Part shown: in pieces, positions 11,975 through 24,422 of the stretch
How positions within the stretch are numbered: the first letter of the stretch is position 1
Layout: every line of letters starts with the position of its first letter
Origin: Octopus bimaculoides
Taxonomy: Eukaryota
Assembly (NCBI RefSeq): GCF_001194135.2
Contig: NC_068984.1
Coordinates: 111,560,301-111,624,300, forward strand
Direction of reading: 5' to 3'
Length of the DNA: 64,000 nt
Position numbers and translations under genes: made by a program
The notes under the pieces: model-generated
What the model was told of the DNA's origin: nothing
Databases searched by the model: none
Seen by the model: only the letters and a program-made list of their open reading frames with translations

Positions 11975-12660
11975 ATTAAGGTGGCAAAATGGTGTAATAT
12001 TTAGCGCACTGGACAAAATACCTAGCAGTATTTCATCAGTCTTCACATTCTAAATTTCAATCGTTCTGAGGTTGACTTATCCTTAGTATTTTGTCTGCCA
12101 TTATGTTCTGAGTTCAAATTCCGCCGAGGTCGACTTTGTCTTTCGTTCTTTCGGGGTCGATAAATTAAGTACCAATTACGCACTGGGGTCAATGTAATCG
12201 ATTTAATCCCTTTGTTTGTCCTTGTTTGTCCCCTCTACGTTTAGCCCCTTGTGGGCAATAAAGAAATAAGAAATTTTAGCATGCTGGATGAAATGCTTAG
12301 CGATATTTTGCCCGTCACTACGTTCTGAGTTCAAATTCCACCGAGGTCAACTTTGCCTTTCATCCTTTCAGGTCGATACATTAAGTACCAGTTGCGTACT
12401 GGGGTCGATCTAATCAACTGGCCTTCTCCTCCAAAATTTTGGGCCTTGCTCCTAGAGTAGAAAAGAATCGTGAGCATGTTGGACGAAATGCTTAGAGGTA
12501 TTCTGCCTGTCACTACATTCCGAGTCCAAATTCCACCGAGGTCAACTTTACCTTTCATCCTTTTGGGGTCGATAAAATAAGTACCAGTGAAACACTGGGG
12601 TTGATGCAATCGACTAGCCCTGCTCCCCCAAAATCTCAGGCCTTGTGCCTTTAGTAGAAA
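11975..12660 (+). mobile_element. Head-to-tail cluster of three SINE family B copies
   Basis: The core ttctgagttcaaattcc...gtcgactttgcctttcatcc recurs at about 12105, 12325 and 12520. Confidence 0.85.
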
Positions 12661-12669
12661 GGATCATCA

Positions 12670-13360
12670 TATCATTTACTTTTATAACAGTTATTACTAC
12701 TACCACCACCACCACCACTGCTACTTAATACGATTCCTACTTCTACAACTACTACAATCACCAACAAGTCACTGCCACTGCCACCATCACCACCAACACC
12801 ACCACCAACAACACCATTACTACTACTTCTACTGCTACTACTACTGCTGCTACTACTATTACTGCTGCCACTGTTATTGCTACTACTACTACTACTACTA
12901 CTACTCACCATTGGTTCTGTTGCTACTACTGTTATTGCTACTACTACTACTACTACTACTACTCACCATTGGTGCTGCTGCTGCTGCTACTACTACTACT
13001 ACTACTACTTACCATTGCTGCTGCTGCTGCTACTACTACTCACCATTGCTAAAAGATCCTCAGATGGAGTGGCTGGATTTTATAGACAATTTTCTAATTT
13101 TCCTATATATTTATCTATTTTTGTTTTTTATAATTTTTCTTTCAATCAGTATTTTTGTTGTTGTTATTGCTGCTGCTGTTATTGGTGGTGGTGGTGGTGG
13201 CGGTGGTAATGGTGCTAATGTGCTTTTATTTTTTTAGTTTTGTTATCGTTTCGCTAAAAAACAGATTTAGTGAAGATAGAATGATTTTGTTGCTAGGTTG
13301 TAATCATCATCATCATCCTCAGCACAACACCACCATTAATAATTAATTATTATTATTATT
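12670..13360. repeat. (CTA/CTG/CAC)n low-complexity tract with repeated ctcaccattg unit
   Basis: Seen directly. Confidence 0.9.
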
Positions 13361-13365
13361 ACTTT

Positions 13366-13590
13366 TTTTATCGACCTCAAAAGGATGATAGACAAAGTCA
13401 ACCTCGGTGGAATTTGAACTCAGAAAGTAAAGATGGATGAACATTCTGAGTTCAAATTCCACCAAGGTTGACTTTGCCTTTCATCCTTTCAGGATCAATA
13501 AAATAAGTACCATTTGAACACTGGGGTCAATGTAATTGAGTGTCATCCCACCCTTAAATTTAAGGCCTTATGCCTTCAATAGACAGGATT
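13366..13590. mobile_element. Inverted pair of SINE B cores forming a hairpin
   Basis: Arms 13366-13425 and 13444-13503, about 85% complementary, with an 18-nt loop. Confidence 0.85.
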
Positions 13591-13867
13591 GTTATTATTA
13601 TTATTATTATTATTTGATGAAAACTCTCAGCTTATTTTCCTGGATATGATGGAAAGTGTCAGCTGTCCACAGTGAACAGACTAAGGGGACACTTGTTTAT
13701 GGTTATACTTTAAGAACCTTGCAAAGAATTCTTGCAATTCCAAACAATGTTGATTTTTGCAGGTCTTCTATCTTTATATTTGTACCAATCGTTTTGAATC
13801 ATGTTGGTAGTTGAGTGCTGATTCCTTGCCAGCCTCCTCCTCCTCCTTCTTCTTCTTCTTCTTCTTC

Positions 13868-13904
<37 letters not shown>

Positions 13905-13908
<4 letters not shown>

Positions 13909-14372
13909 GAGTGAGTGAGTTGTGCATGCCATCAAAGAGACAATGGGTAAAATATACGAAGCCCAATATACCCATTATGACTATCCGTCTGATAAGGATA
14001 CACCAGGCACATGCATCACAACCATATGTGTGCGACATGGTGATCTTATATCAAGATAACCAGCACATGACCTTGCAGGTGGGGCCCAGTTAGAATTTTC
14101 TTCAGGTCATGTAGCCCATCTCACTCAAATGGTCCTTCAATAAGGGTTGCTTAAGGATGTTTATCAAAACACCCATGTTTCCAAACGTGATTTATTGAAA
14201 CTCCAAAGGATTCCTCTCCATACATGGCTATGATGCTTCTCTACAACTTCTGTTTGTGATCAGAGATGCACATATTGTCAGCCACTAAGAGACATGCCCA
14301 TCTGGTTAAGGTCAAACAACTGACAAGCAAATCTGTGGTGTTGAGCAGAATATTTACTGTAGCCCATATTGT
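13905..14372 (-). mobile_element. Family D element, truncated
   Basis: Colinear with 14865-15415; adjoins a (tat)n tract. Confidence 0.85.
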
Positions 14373-14549
14373 AATTATATTTCACTTCTTAGAGTTCTCG
14401 GTCTTACTTGCTCTGATCGATTCTGTGAGAACAGACAGCAACCTGTTGTCAGATGTCTCACAGTGTTTTCTTTCCACAAATTATAAGACTTGGCACTTGT
14501 ATGTTAACTATCATGGAAGATGTTCAATACCCAATCACCAATCTCGAGT

Positions 14550-14830
14550 TATTATTATTATTATTATTATCATTATTATTATCATTTATGGTTTCCTTTC
14601 ATTATAGCTTTATTTCAGCTACCTTAGTACCGGGAATCCTCCAGAGGCCAAGAGTAGCAAGGGCATTTTTGTTTTGCTATGCATGCTAAAATTGTCACCA
14701 CATTTATTCCATTTTAGATGGAGAGTGCTTTCCATATTATATGGGTTCTTCCCATTAAGGTTATCATTTTGTAGTTTACAGAGATTAGAGTTACCAGGGA
14801 GTTGCTTAATATTTTTCCCTATTATTATTA
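14550..14830 (-). mobile_element. R4/Dong-like LINE 3' end
   Basis: Minus translation NYKMITLMGRTHIIWKALSI* (REL C-terminus), then 3' UTR and (TAA)n tail; near-duplicate at 16200-16470. Confidence 0.7.
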
Positions 14831-14864
14831 TTGTTATTATTATTATTATTACTATTGAGTGAGA

Positions 14865-15415
14865 CAGTAGTGCATGCCATCAAAGTGACACTGGGGTAAA
14901 ATATTCGAAGCCCATTATCCCCATCATGACGACCCGTCTGATAAGGGTACACCAGGCACCTGCATCACAACCATATGTGAGCGACATGGTGATCTCATAT
15001 CAAGATAAACAGGGCATGACCTCGCAAGTGGGTGCCCACTTAGAATTTTCTTCTGGTCGAGTAGCCCATCCCGCTCAAAAAGGTCCCTGAATAAGGTCTG
15101 TTTAAGGATGTTGAGCGAAACACCCATGTTTCCAAAGGTGAATTTTTCAAACCCCAAAGAATTCCTCTCCATACATGGCTATTATGCTCCCCCACTACTT
15201 CTGCTCATGATCAGAGATGCACATATCATCAGCCACCAAAAACATGCTCAACTGGTTAAGGTCAAACAACTCACAAGCAAATCTGTGGTATTGAGCAGAA
15301 TATTTGCTGTAGCCCATCTTTTATACCAAGACAAAGCAATGTACATGATAACACTTCCAATTAATTAAGATCAGAAGCCATGAGAGTCACTGCCTGGTAC
15401 TACATCTGGGCTATT
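14865..15415 (-). mobile_element. Family D element, full length, between (TAA)n tracts
   Basis: About 550 bp, non-coding, with microsatellite on both flanks. Confidence 0.85.
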
Positions 15416-15424
15416 ATTATTATT

Positions 15425-16155
15425 ATTCAGTATTTTTATTTTTATGACATGCTTTCACTTCACTACTGAGCGCAGCTCTGTGTGCCTTGAGTATGTGCTG
15501 TGGTTTGCTGTGATGCTCTTATGTTTACTGTATTGAAAGTGTTTTGCGTGTTTTGTGTGCAGTGCCCAGTAGTGCAATTTTCTGTATGTTATATATATTT
15601 GTAAGTCCTGGTGTTTTTGTTATGTATTTGTCTGAATATTTTTTATTATACCTAAGGCACCTACTATGATAGGAATTGTTTCTGTTTTTAGATTCCACAT
15701 TCGAATTACCTCTATTTCCAGGTCTTTGTATTTTGAAAGTTTTTCCATTTCTTTTAGGGAAACGTTGTCATCTGCTGGTATTGATACATCAATTAGAAAG
15801 CATTTTTTTTATTCATGTTCTCTGACAACTATATTTGGCCTATTGGCCTTAATTTCTCTATCTGTGTGTATTGGTATATCCCAGAGTATGGTTGCTTTCT
15901 TGTTTTCTGTGACCTTTTCTGGCATGTGCTTATACCATCTTTTTTCTGTTATTACATAGTGTTGGCATAACTTCCAGTGTATGTAGGTCCCAGCTCTGTC
16001 GTGTCTGTGAATATATTCCTTCTTAGCCAGGACTGGGCAACCAGAGATAATATGATTTATTGCTTCTTGTCCATTGCCACATTGGTCTTGTGCAGCAATT
16101 AAAAATCCTTCAGTCTCTGCTTTGAGTCCTGAGCTTCTCAACCATTGCTGGGATT
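15425..16155 (-). mobile_element. R4/Dong-like LINE relic (CCHC and REL endonuclease region)
   Basis: GLKAETEGFLIAAQDQ...NHIISGCPVLAKKEYIHRHD...ILWDIPIHTDREIKANRPNIV. Confidence 0.9.
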
Positions 16156-16199
16156 TTTCTCTGTCTATTTCTTTTGCAGGTTTATTATTATTATTAATA

Positions 16200-16217
16200 T
16201 TACTATTATTATTATTA

Positions 16218-16254
<37 letters not shown>

Positions 16255-16463
16255 CATTTATGGTTTCTTTTCATTATATCTTTATTTCAGCTGCCTTAGT
16301 ACCAGGCATTCTCCAGAGGCCAAGAGTAGCAAGGGCACACATTAATTCCATATTATATTAGATGGAGAGTGCTTTCTGTAGTATATGGGCTGTTCCCATC
16401 AAGGTTATCATTTTGTAGTTCACGGAGAGTGGAGTTACTCGGGAGTTGCTTAATATTTTTCTC

Positions 16464-16470
<7 letters not shown>
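16200..16470 (-). mobile_element. R4/Dong-like LINE 3' end, second copy
   Basis: Similar to 14550-14830 with an internal deletion. Confidence 0.7.
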
Positions 16471-16499
<29 letters not shown>

Positions 16500-16690
16500 C
16501 ATTAAGGTGACAAGCTAGCACCTTGATGATTATTATTATTATTGTTGCTGTTGTTGTTAAGGTGACAAGTTTGCACATTGGATAGAATGCTTAGCAGCAT
16601 TTTGTCCATCTATATTCTGAGTTCAACTGCCACTGAGGTCGGCTTTGTCTTTCATTCTTTCTCAGATGAAAATGTTAGTCTTTATGCCGA
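16500..16690 (+). mobile_element. SINE family B, degraded
   Basis: ttaaggtgacaag head (duplicated) and ttctgagttcaac core. Confidence 0.65.
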
Positions 16691-17567
16691 TAACAGAAAG
16701 AATTATTACTATTATTATTATCATCATCATCATCATCATCATCATTATCGCTATTACTATTACCATTATTATTATTACTACTAATATTTTTATTACTCTT
16801 ATTATTATAAATATTATTACTATTATTATTCTTAAATCAAGTGAAAAATGAAAATCCAATAATACAAAAAAAAATGACAACGAAAAAAGTCATTTAAAAA
16901 TCAGAAATAAATATATAAAAATCATTATTATTATTATTGTTTTCGTCAGTCTTTTCTTTTCTATATTCTTTGTATTTTTTTCCCCCTTATTTTCTTTGTC
17001 TTTTTTATTTTTTTGCTTCTTAATCGATCGCTGACAATTCTTCTTTATCTTTGACTGAAGAATAAATGTAGTGCTTTCATATAGAATATAATTCTGAAAG
17101 TCCTTAACACACACCGATTGCTTCCCGAACAATAGATATCAGAAAGGCAGAGACCAATTGTCTTGTAAAATCATTTCTTTTGTGAAAGCTTTCCAGCAGT
17201 ATATGCATGTGAGTATATGTATGTATGTATATATATATATGTGTATGTGTGTATGTATGGGATTATATGTGTAAGAATATGTTTAAAATATGTCTGCATT
17301 TTGTTTTTTTTTTTTTTTGTAAATTTAAAACTTTGTACTGCAGCAGTTAATCATGAGGTTGTTATAACTATTCTTTTTTCTTCTTCTTCGCTCTTCAACG
17401 CCATGACCATAATTCGCCTCTCCCTCCACCTCCTCCTCCTCCTTCTTCATTATCATTCTCATTGTCACCATCATCATTATCCTCATCATCATCATCATCA
17501 GCCTTTTCTTTTATCATTCTCATTCTCTTCCTCATCTCTTCACCACTGTATTTTTTGCCAACATTAC

Positions 17568-17622
<55 letters not shown>

Positions 17623-17767
17623 TACACACACATATATATACATATATATATATATATGCACACTCACAAGTTTGTGTATATGTATACATATATATATATG
17701 TGTGTATATATATGCATATATAGGTATATACACACACATATATATGTATATATATATACACACATAT

Positions 17768-17815
<48 letters not shown>

Positions 17816-18511
17816 GTATGTATTTATGTAGGCATATCTATGCATATACCTACGTATATACTCTTTTTGCACCTTTGTTGTTGTTGTTGTTCTGCATCAT
17901 CCTCACCTCCTCCTTTTTCTCCTCATGCCTTTCTACTTTTTTCTATGCATACTAAAATATTTCAGATTTTATCCAATCAACCAACCTCTCAGCAACCAAC
18001 CCGCACACAGAGACGTCTGTACTGAATTATGGTTTGGTTATTATATGTAAATCGAGAGCAAATAAATATTTATACTTCAACCACACACACACACACATAC
18101 ACCAACAATAAACTCTAAACATAAATATTAAACAACAATAAACAATACTTCAGACTCTTTTCCTATGGACATTCATTCAACCTTAAATACAAGTGGCACC
18201 TGCATTCTGGTAGGTCAAACAAGAAATGAAACCTACTGTGCCTTGCTCAGTCAATGCAGTACACATGATGTAACAAAGCTTAAGTTTATAATATTGTAGT
18301 AAGTATATAAACCAGCATGTTAACCTCATAGTCATGCGATGAATCCCTTCTATTAGCCATTGTGTCTGGAGATTGTTTGGTTTTTAGTCAAATATAGAAA
18401 ATAAATAATGATATCATTATGCATGTAAAAAGCAAAACTAAACAAAGTTGATGTGATATTAAAATGTTCGATTACTAGCTAATGAGATAATAACTTGAAC
18501 ATTCAGTCAGG

Positions 18512-18542
<31 letters not shown>

Positions 18543-18689
18543 GTTTCATTTCTTGGAAAACTTTCACATAATTAAGTGCAGTGAATCATAGTGAAACTTC
18601 AAGTAATGTTGGACTAAGTTAAAATGTGTGTGAGTATATATTTATACTGGTTGTACTAGCAAAATTGTCCAGGTTTTAGATATGGCTTC

Positions 18690-19665
18690 AAACCTTTGTA
18701 TCTCTGGAATGCCTAAAGATAACTTAATGGAATTATCAGAGGGTTCTTTAATGCTATTGGGTTGTATTTTGAACAAGAAAAAAATGTGGATTACTCTCCA
18801 TTCTCTGCAGAAGAATCAAGCTGAAGTTGATCATGGGTGCCAATTACTTTTTCGTAAGTAATTAACCATAGCTCAGGATTCGGAGCTTATAAAGGATTGA
18901 AATAAAGTTCACATAGAAGCTTAAAGTTTTATTTCAAAGTGCCAAAGACAATCCTGGCAGAAATTCTAAATTCTAGGCATCAAAAGTTGCTCCTCTTTTG
19001 GCAATGATTTCCTCAACCGTCTTCCTGACTGCACTACAAGCTTTCTTAATGAATTCTTCATCAATGTCCTTCTCCCACATCTGACAGATGGAGTTTTTGA
19101 GAGTTTGCAGGTTATTGTGTGACTTCTCACAAGCTTTTCTAATCAGTTGCTGAAGTCTAAATGTTTCAAATCAGGTGATGAAAGGGGCCAAGTGTCCTTA
19201 TCCCAAAACCTGTTCCCAAACTCATCCCTGAAATAGTTTTGAGCCACTGCACTTGTGTGACAAGTATCTTACTAGAATGTAAACTTGCAATTCTTAGCGA
19301 TCTTATTGGGGTTTCCTATGTCTGTAGCCTCAGGATATTCAGAAAGGCGGCGAGCTGGCAGAATCGTTAGCACGCCGGGCGAAATGCTTATCGGTATTTC
19401 GTCTGCCGTTACGTTCTGAGTTCAAATTCCGCTGAGGTCGACTTTGCCTTTCATCCTTTCGGGTTTGATAAATTAAGTACCAGTTACGCACTGGGGTCGA
19501 TGTAATCGACTTAATCCGTTTGTCTGTCCTTGTTTGTCCCCTCTATGTTTAGCCCCTTGTGGGCAATAAAGAAATAAGAAAGAATCCAGGTCTTCAAATC
19601 TTTCAAAACCTTACTATAACAAATTCCTGTTAGTTTCACAGCCTTCTCAAACATGATGGATGGCT
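18690..19665 (-). mobile_element. Decayed Tc1/DD37D-like transposon
   Basis: PIMFEKAVKLTGICYSKVLK...FWDKDTWPLSSPDLKHLDF...KACSAVRKTVEEIIAKRG. Interrupted by a SINE. Confidence 0.8.
19346..19580 (+). mobile_element. Young SINE family B with target-site duplication
   Basis: Full length, CpGs intact, flanked by agaaag at 19341-19346 and 19577-19582. Confidence 0.9.
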
Positions 19666-19696
19666 TCTTACACCCCCCCCCCACACACACACATAA

Positions 19697-19855
19697 TGGG
19701 CTTCTTTGCAGTTTCTGTCTGCCAAATCCACTCAAGAGGTTTTGGTTGGCCAGAGGCTATAGTATAAGATACGTACCCAAGGTGCAACACAGTGGGACTG
19801 AAACTGGAACCATGTAGTTGGAAAGTAAACATCTTACCACACAGTCATATACAGA
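19697..19855 (-). mobile_element. SINE family A, 5' part
   Basis: Reverse complement of the family A head. Confidence 0.8.
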
Positions 19856-20068
19856 CTGTAAACAAAATCTTTGCTATTTATGCAAATGGTGTCATTTGCT
19901 CAAAGTCCACCATGAAAGTACGTCCAGGCTGTTCATGTTCAGTACAATGGAGTAGTATTACTATCTGCTTGGAAACCAGTGGAAAGGGTAACCAGCCATA
20001 GAAAAAAAAAAATCTATATCAATGCAAACCTGGAAATGCAGTTATTAAAACTATTATAAGTTTACATT

Positions 20069-20450
20069 ATTTACATTATTTACATTTCACGGATATTTGT
20101 CCTCATGTTGTTTGTTGTTAACATAACGTTTCAGCTGATATACCCTCCAGCCTTCGTCAGGTGTCGTTGGGAAATTTTAAACCTGAGTTCTCATTCCTTG
20201 GCTACTAACCCCAAGATTCCGAGTTCGATTCACGGCAGCGACCTGATTAATAATAGTAATAATAATAATAATATAATAATAGTAACATCGTTAGGAATGA
20301 GAACCCAGGTTCAAAATTTCCCCAAGGCACCTGACGAAGGCTGGAGGGTATATCAGCCGAAACGTTGTGTTAACAACAATAAAGATGAGGATAAATATCC
20401 GTCAAATGTAAATAATGTAAATAATTCCTCATCTCTTAAATATAGAACTG
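20069..20450. mobile_element. Fold-back element with two hammerhead motifs and a tRNA-like spacer
   Basis: Arms about 20069-20198 and 20293-20423; the spacer carries the B-box-like gagttcgattc and (aat)n. Confidence 0.75.
20326..20371 (+). ncRNA. Type I minimal hammerhead ribozyme motif (inverted copy at 20120-20165)
   Basis: ggcac-CTGACGA-a-ggctg(gagggtatat)cagcc-GAAA-cgtt-gtgtt; palindromic AACGTT stem III. Confidence 0.7.
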
Positions 20451-20785
20451 TATTATAATAAGGATACATATGGCTGAATATGTGTGCAAGTGTGTATGTG
20501 TCTACATATGTGTGTGTGTGTGTGTGACTGTCCATAGAGGTTTATTTCTAGCCAAGTATTACTCTTGTAGTTGTCTCACTCAGAAGAGGACATCAGTTGT
20601 TCCTCTTCCAGGTACAAAACTAAACTGCATCTCATCAGGGCTAATCCTGTTCCTATTCAATTTTGCAATAATTCTTTGAGTAAATTTTCATGACCTGGTT
20701 TGACCTTATAACCCCTCTGATGTTTCCTCCCTTTGGTGCCTTTGTAACAGTTTACAATGTTGCTGCTCCACCAGCCATACACACA

Positions 20786-20836
<51 letters not shown>

Positions 20837-20849
20837 ATATATACAGAGA

Positions 20850-21683
20850 ATATTTGTTTTTCATCTATAAACTTTTTTAATCTAAAATATACTCTCCTTC
20901 ATTTTCTACAATTCTCTTCCATCTATCTGGTTGACTTGCAAGATCTCTCTTCCAAAACTCACTTTTCCATGATGAAAAGTACTTCTCCAGTACCGTTCTG
21001 ACCTCATGATTTTTCCATTCAAATGATTTTGAAGACTGCAGAATAAATGGTAATCAGATGAAGCAATGTCCAGTGAATATGGTGGATGGGGCATTGTTTC
21101 CTATTCAAACTGCTCCGGCCTATGGAATGTCATTTTCAGTGAATGTGGCCAAGCATTATCCTCATGGAAGAACACTTTTCGTTTTTAACCAAAGATTGTC
21201 ATTTTTCTTCTAGCACAGTTGCTGAATGGCTGAATGACCAAATCCAAGCCTCTCTGCTATTTCCTCAACAGTTATGATGGGATTTTGCTCCACTAGGGTT
21301 TTCAGGATGTCCTCATCGAGCTCTGTAGATTTTCTAGGATGAGGCTCATCTAGGCTGCAGTTTCTGGCTTGGAATTTCTGGAACCACTGTTGACACTGGC
21401 TTACACTTATTGTCTGATCCCCATATACTGCCTTAATATTCCTCTCTCTTTTCATTGCATTGTTGCCTTTATTGAACTCATAAAGCAAAATATGCCAAAT
21501 ATGCTCCTTTGTCACTTCTATTACAGCTTTGGAAAAATAACTGTTAAAATCAAACTGCACTCTTCAAACTTTGCACTAAGAATACCTGTTTATATAGCAA
21601 GTTGATGAAGGTAGTTTATCCCCTTCTGACTTTTAGTTCATGCAAGTGAAAAAAACCCACATTATTTATGGGATGATCCAATA
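20850..21683 (-). mobile_element. Mariner (DD34D-type) relic, 3'-truncated and internally deleted
   Basis: KEHIWHILLYEFNKG...QWFQKF, HPPYSLDIASSDYHLF; one terminal inverted repeat (tattggatcatcccataaataatg) at about 21660-21683. Confidence 0.9.
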
Positions 21684-21685
21684 TG

Positions 21686-21729
<44 letters not shown>

Positions 21730-21731
<2 letters not shown>

Positions 21732-21910
21732 AGAATTTACGAAAAAACAACAGACGAAGGCAGGTGGTGTAAACAACAAATGGTTGCATTAGTATAACGC
21801 TCGGGAATAGAGAAAGTCTTTAATGTTTCAAGCCTACGCTCTTCAACAGAACGTAACACAGAAAGAAACAAGGAGAGAAAAATATATAAATGTAGTGGTC
21901 AGTGATCTAT
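21730..21910 (-). mobile_element. Penelope-like terminal repeat with degenerate hammerhead (about 21817-21850)
   Basis: Minus strand tt-CTGTTGA-a-gagc(gtag)gctt-GAAA-catt-aaag; the core is mutated. Confidence 0.5.
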
Positions 21911-22059
21911 CATGTCGAATTCTGGACAGAAGGATCACACAGGAGAGCAGACATTATATATAATGATGGACTCTCCCATCGTTAGACAATGTATGAGGGT
22001 TTGACAATTTCTTACTGAACAACCTCACAGCTTATTTGTTTATAGTGATTAAATGTTTG

Positions 22060-22204
22060 TGTACACATCATCGAAATGATCACAGAGCAATGTAAAATGA
22101 AGTGCTTTGCTCAAGAACACAATGCAATGCCTGGTTTGGGAATCAAACCAATGATCTCGCAATCATGAGTGTAACACTCTAACTACTAATCCATGTGCTT
22201 TCAC

Positions 22205-22205
<1 letters not shown>
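22060..22205 (-). mobile_element. SINE family E fragment
   Basis: Reverse complement of gcattgtgttcttgagcaaa...cacttcatttcacattgct. Confidence 0.7.
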
Positions 22206-22239
<34 letters not shown>

Positions 22240-22745
22240 ACGCGCATGTGTGTGTGTATGTATGTGTGCATTCACAGATGGGTGAAATAAAGAAATCTCT
22301 TTCAGTAGACGTTTGCAACTGGAAGGACATCTGGCCGTAAAATCCTGCTTCAGACAACTCTTTGTCCTAACCCATGCAAACATTGGAAAATAGATGTTAA
22401 AAGTATGAATAAACAAACGAACAAGACATAGTCCTGAAAAAAAAAAAATATAAGATTGATGGTAGGTTATGATACAAAAGATAGGATTGGTAAATTATAG
22501 ATAAACAATCAAACAAGGAAGAGATGAAAAACAAGGTTGAACCTGGAAGGATTTGAACCCCTAACTAGTTACAGTACAGTAAGAACAACAACCCTAAGTA
22601 TTTCAGCCTGTCTTCATCAGCCTTTATAAAACAATAACAAAAAACAAATTTCACCATGCAGATCCTTTTTTTTACATAGTGAGAGAAGTATATGTTTTTT
22701 TACGGGTGGGACATGTGTGTTTATTTGAGTGTTTGTAAATGAATG

Positions 22746-22804
<59 letters not shown>

Positions 22805-22822
22805 ATATGTATGAGTGTAACC

Positions 22823-22853
<31 letters not shown>

Positions 22854-22939
22854 TTATAATAGAAAATGAAATTTAAACACAATCTTAGTTGCTAGCGATA
22901 AAAACACAACAAAGTAACAACAATAGATGTACAACCTGT

Positions 22940-22971
<32 letters not shown>

Positions 22972-23202
22972 AATAATAATGGTAACTGTTGTAGCAGTAG
23001 CAGTAGTAGTAACAATAATGTTTTGTTATTTTTATATATTATTCTTCATCATTTATTATTTGGCCTATGAAAGTTTACAACCAGATTTTCCTATAATGGC
23101 TTTGTGTGTATTTGCCATTTTTTTTTTTTTTTTTTTTTGGAGGGGTGATAATTGTGTATATTTCTTTGACGAAGTATCTGTTTGTTACATTACATAGACA
23201 TA

Positions 23203-23249
<47 letters not shown>

Positions 23250-24374
23250 ATATGTATGTATATATATATGTATGTATGTATATGTATGTATGTATATATA
23301 TGCATGTATGTATGTATTAACATTTACATTTATCTATGTACATATAAATGCATGTGTATCTATATACATGTGTGGGTGGATGTATACAGGAAACATTTAC
23401 ATATGTGTGTGTATATTTATATATATATATATATACACTTATGTTTATACAGATATATGAATATACATNNNNNNNNNNNNNNNNNNNNNNNNNNNNNNNN
23501 NNNNNNNNNNNNNNNNNNNNNNNNNNNNNNNNNNNNNNNNNNNNNNNNNNNNNNNNNNNNNNNNNNNNNNNNNNNNNNNNNNNNNNNNNNNNNNNNNNNN
23601 NNNNNNNNNNNNNNNNNNNNNNNNNNNNNNNNNNNNNNNNNNNNNNNNNNNNNTATGTATGTGTATATAAATAAATATTTATATATATATGTATATATAT
23701 ATATGTACATGCACACCTAAACATATGTATATATCATGTATGTATATATGTGTATTTAAATTCTTCTGGGGGAGTTCTTTTTATGTTTAATTTCAAACAT
23801 TAAGCTTCGTTGCTTGGCGATATAATGTTGTTTATTTCATTACTGTTGTTGTTGTTGTTTTATGAAGGGGTGTGTGTTACTTAACGTTTTGTTTAAAATT
23901 TCTTTTATTTATATTTGCTTCTTTTTACTGTTTTTCTCTACAATTTTTTTCTTTTTCCAGTCTTCATTTTTTTCGTCATTTTTTTGTTTTTGTGTTTAGT
24001 TTATAGCTAAGATCTCTTTCTCTTAGATGTGGAAAACTGGTAAACATTAACTGTCTACAAATTTTTTTTTCTTTCATTTGAAATACTGCCACATTATCAC
24101 CCCTTGTGTTATTTTTTTTTATGCGTTTTATTAATTTTTTTTTTACCATTTTTTTAATATTACTTCTTTTGTTTGTTTGGTTACTTGTTTTACTTAGTAA
24201 TGGTAGAACTTTGTCTATGAGAAGAAGAAAGACCACTCTGGGACAAGAGAGATAGATAGAAAGAAAGAGAGAGAGAGAGAGAATGAGGAAGAGACAGGGG
24301 AGACAGAAAAGGGATACATCAGCTTAAAGCCTGATGGACAAAGTGACTGACTTGTTAGTGACAGAGGGCTTAAG

Positions 24375-24422
<48 letters not shown>

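Noticed and set aside
12900-13050. Four ATG|gtgagt or ATG|gtaagt donor-like motifs on the minus strand
   Set aside because: They sit inside a slipped (TAG/CAG)n repeat unit, and no supporting exon was found.
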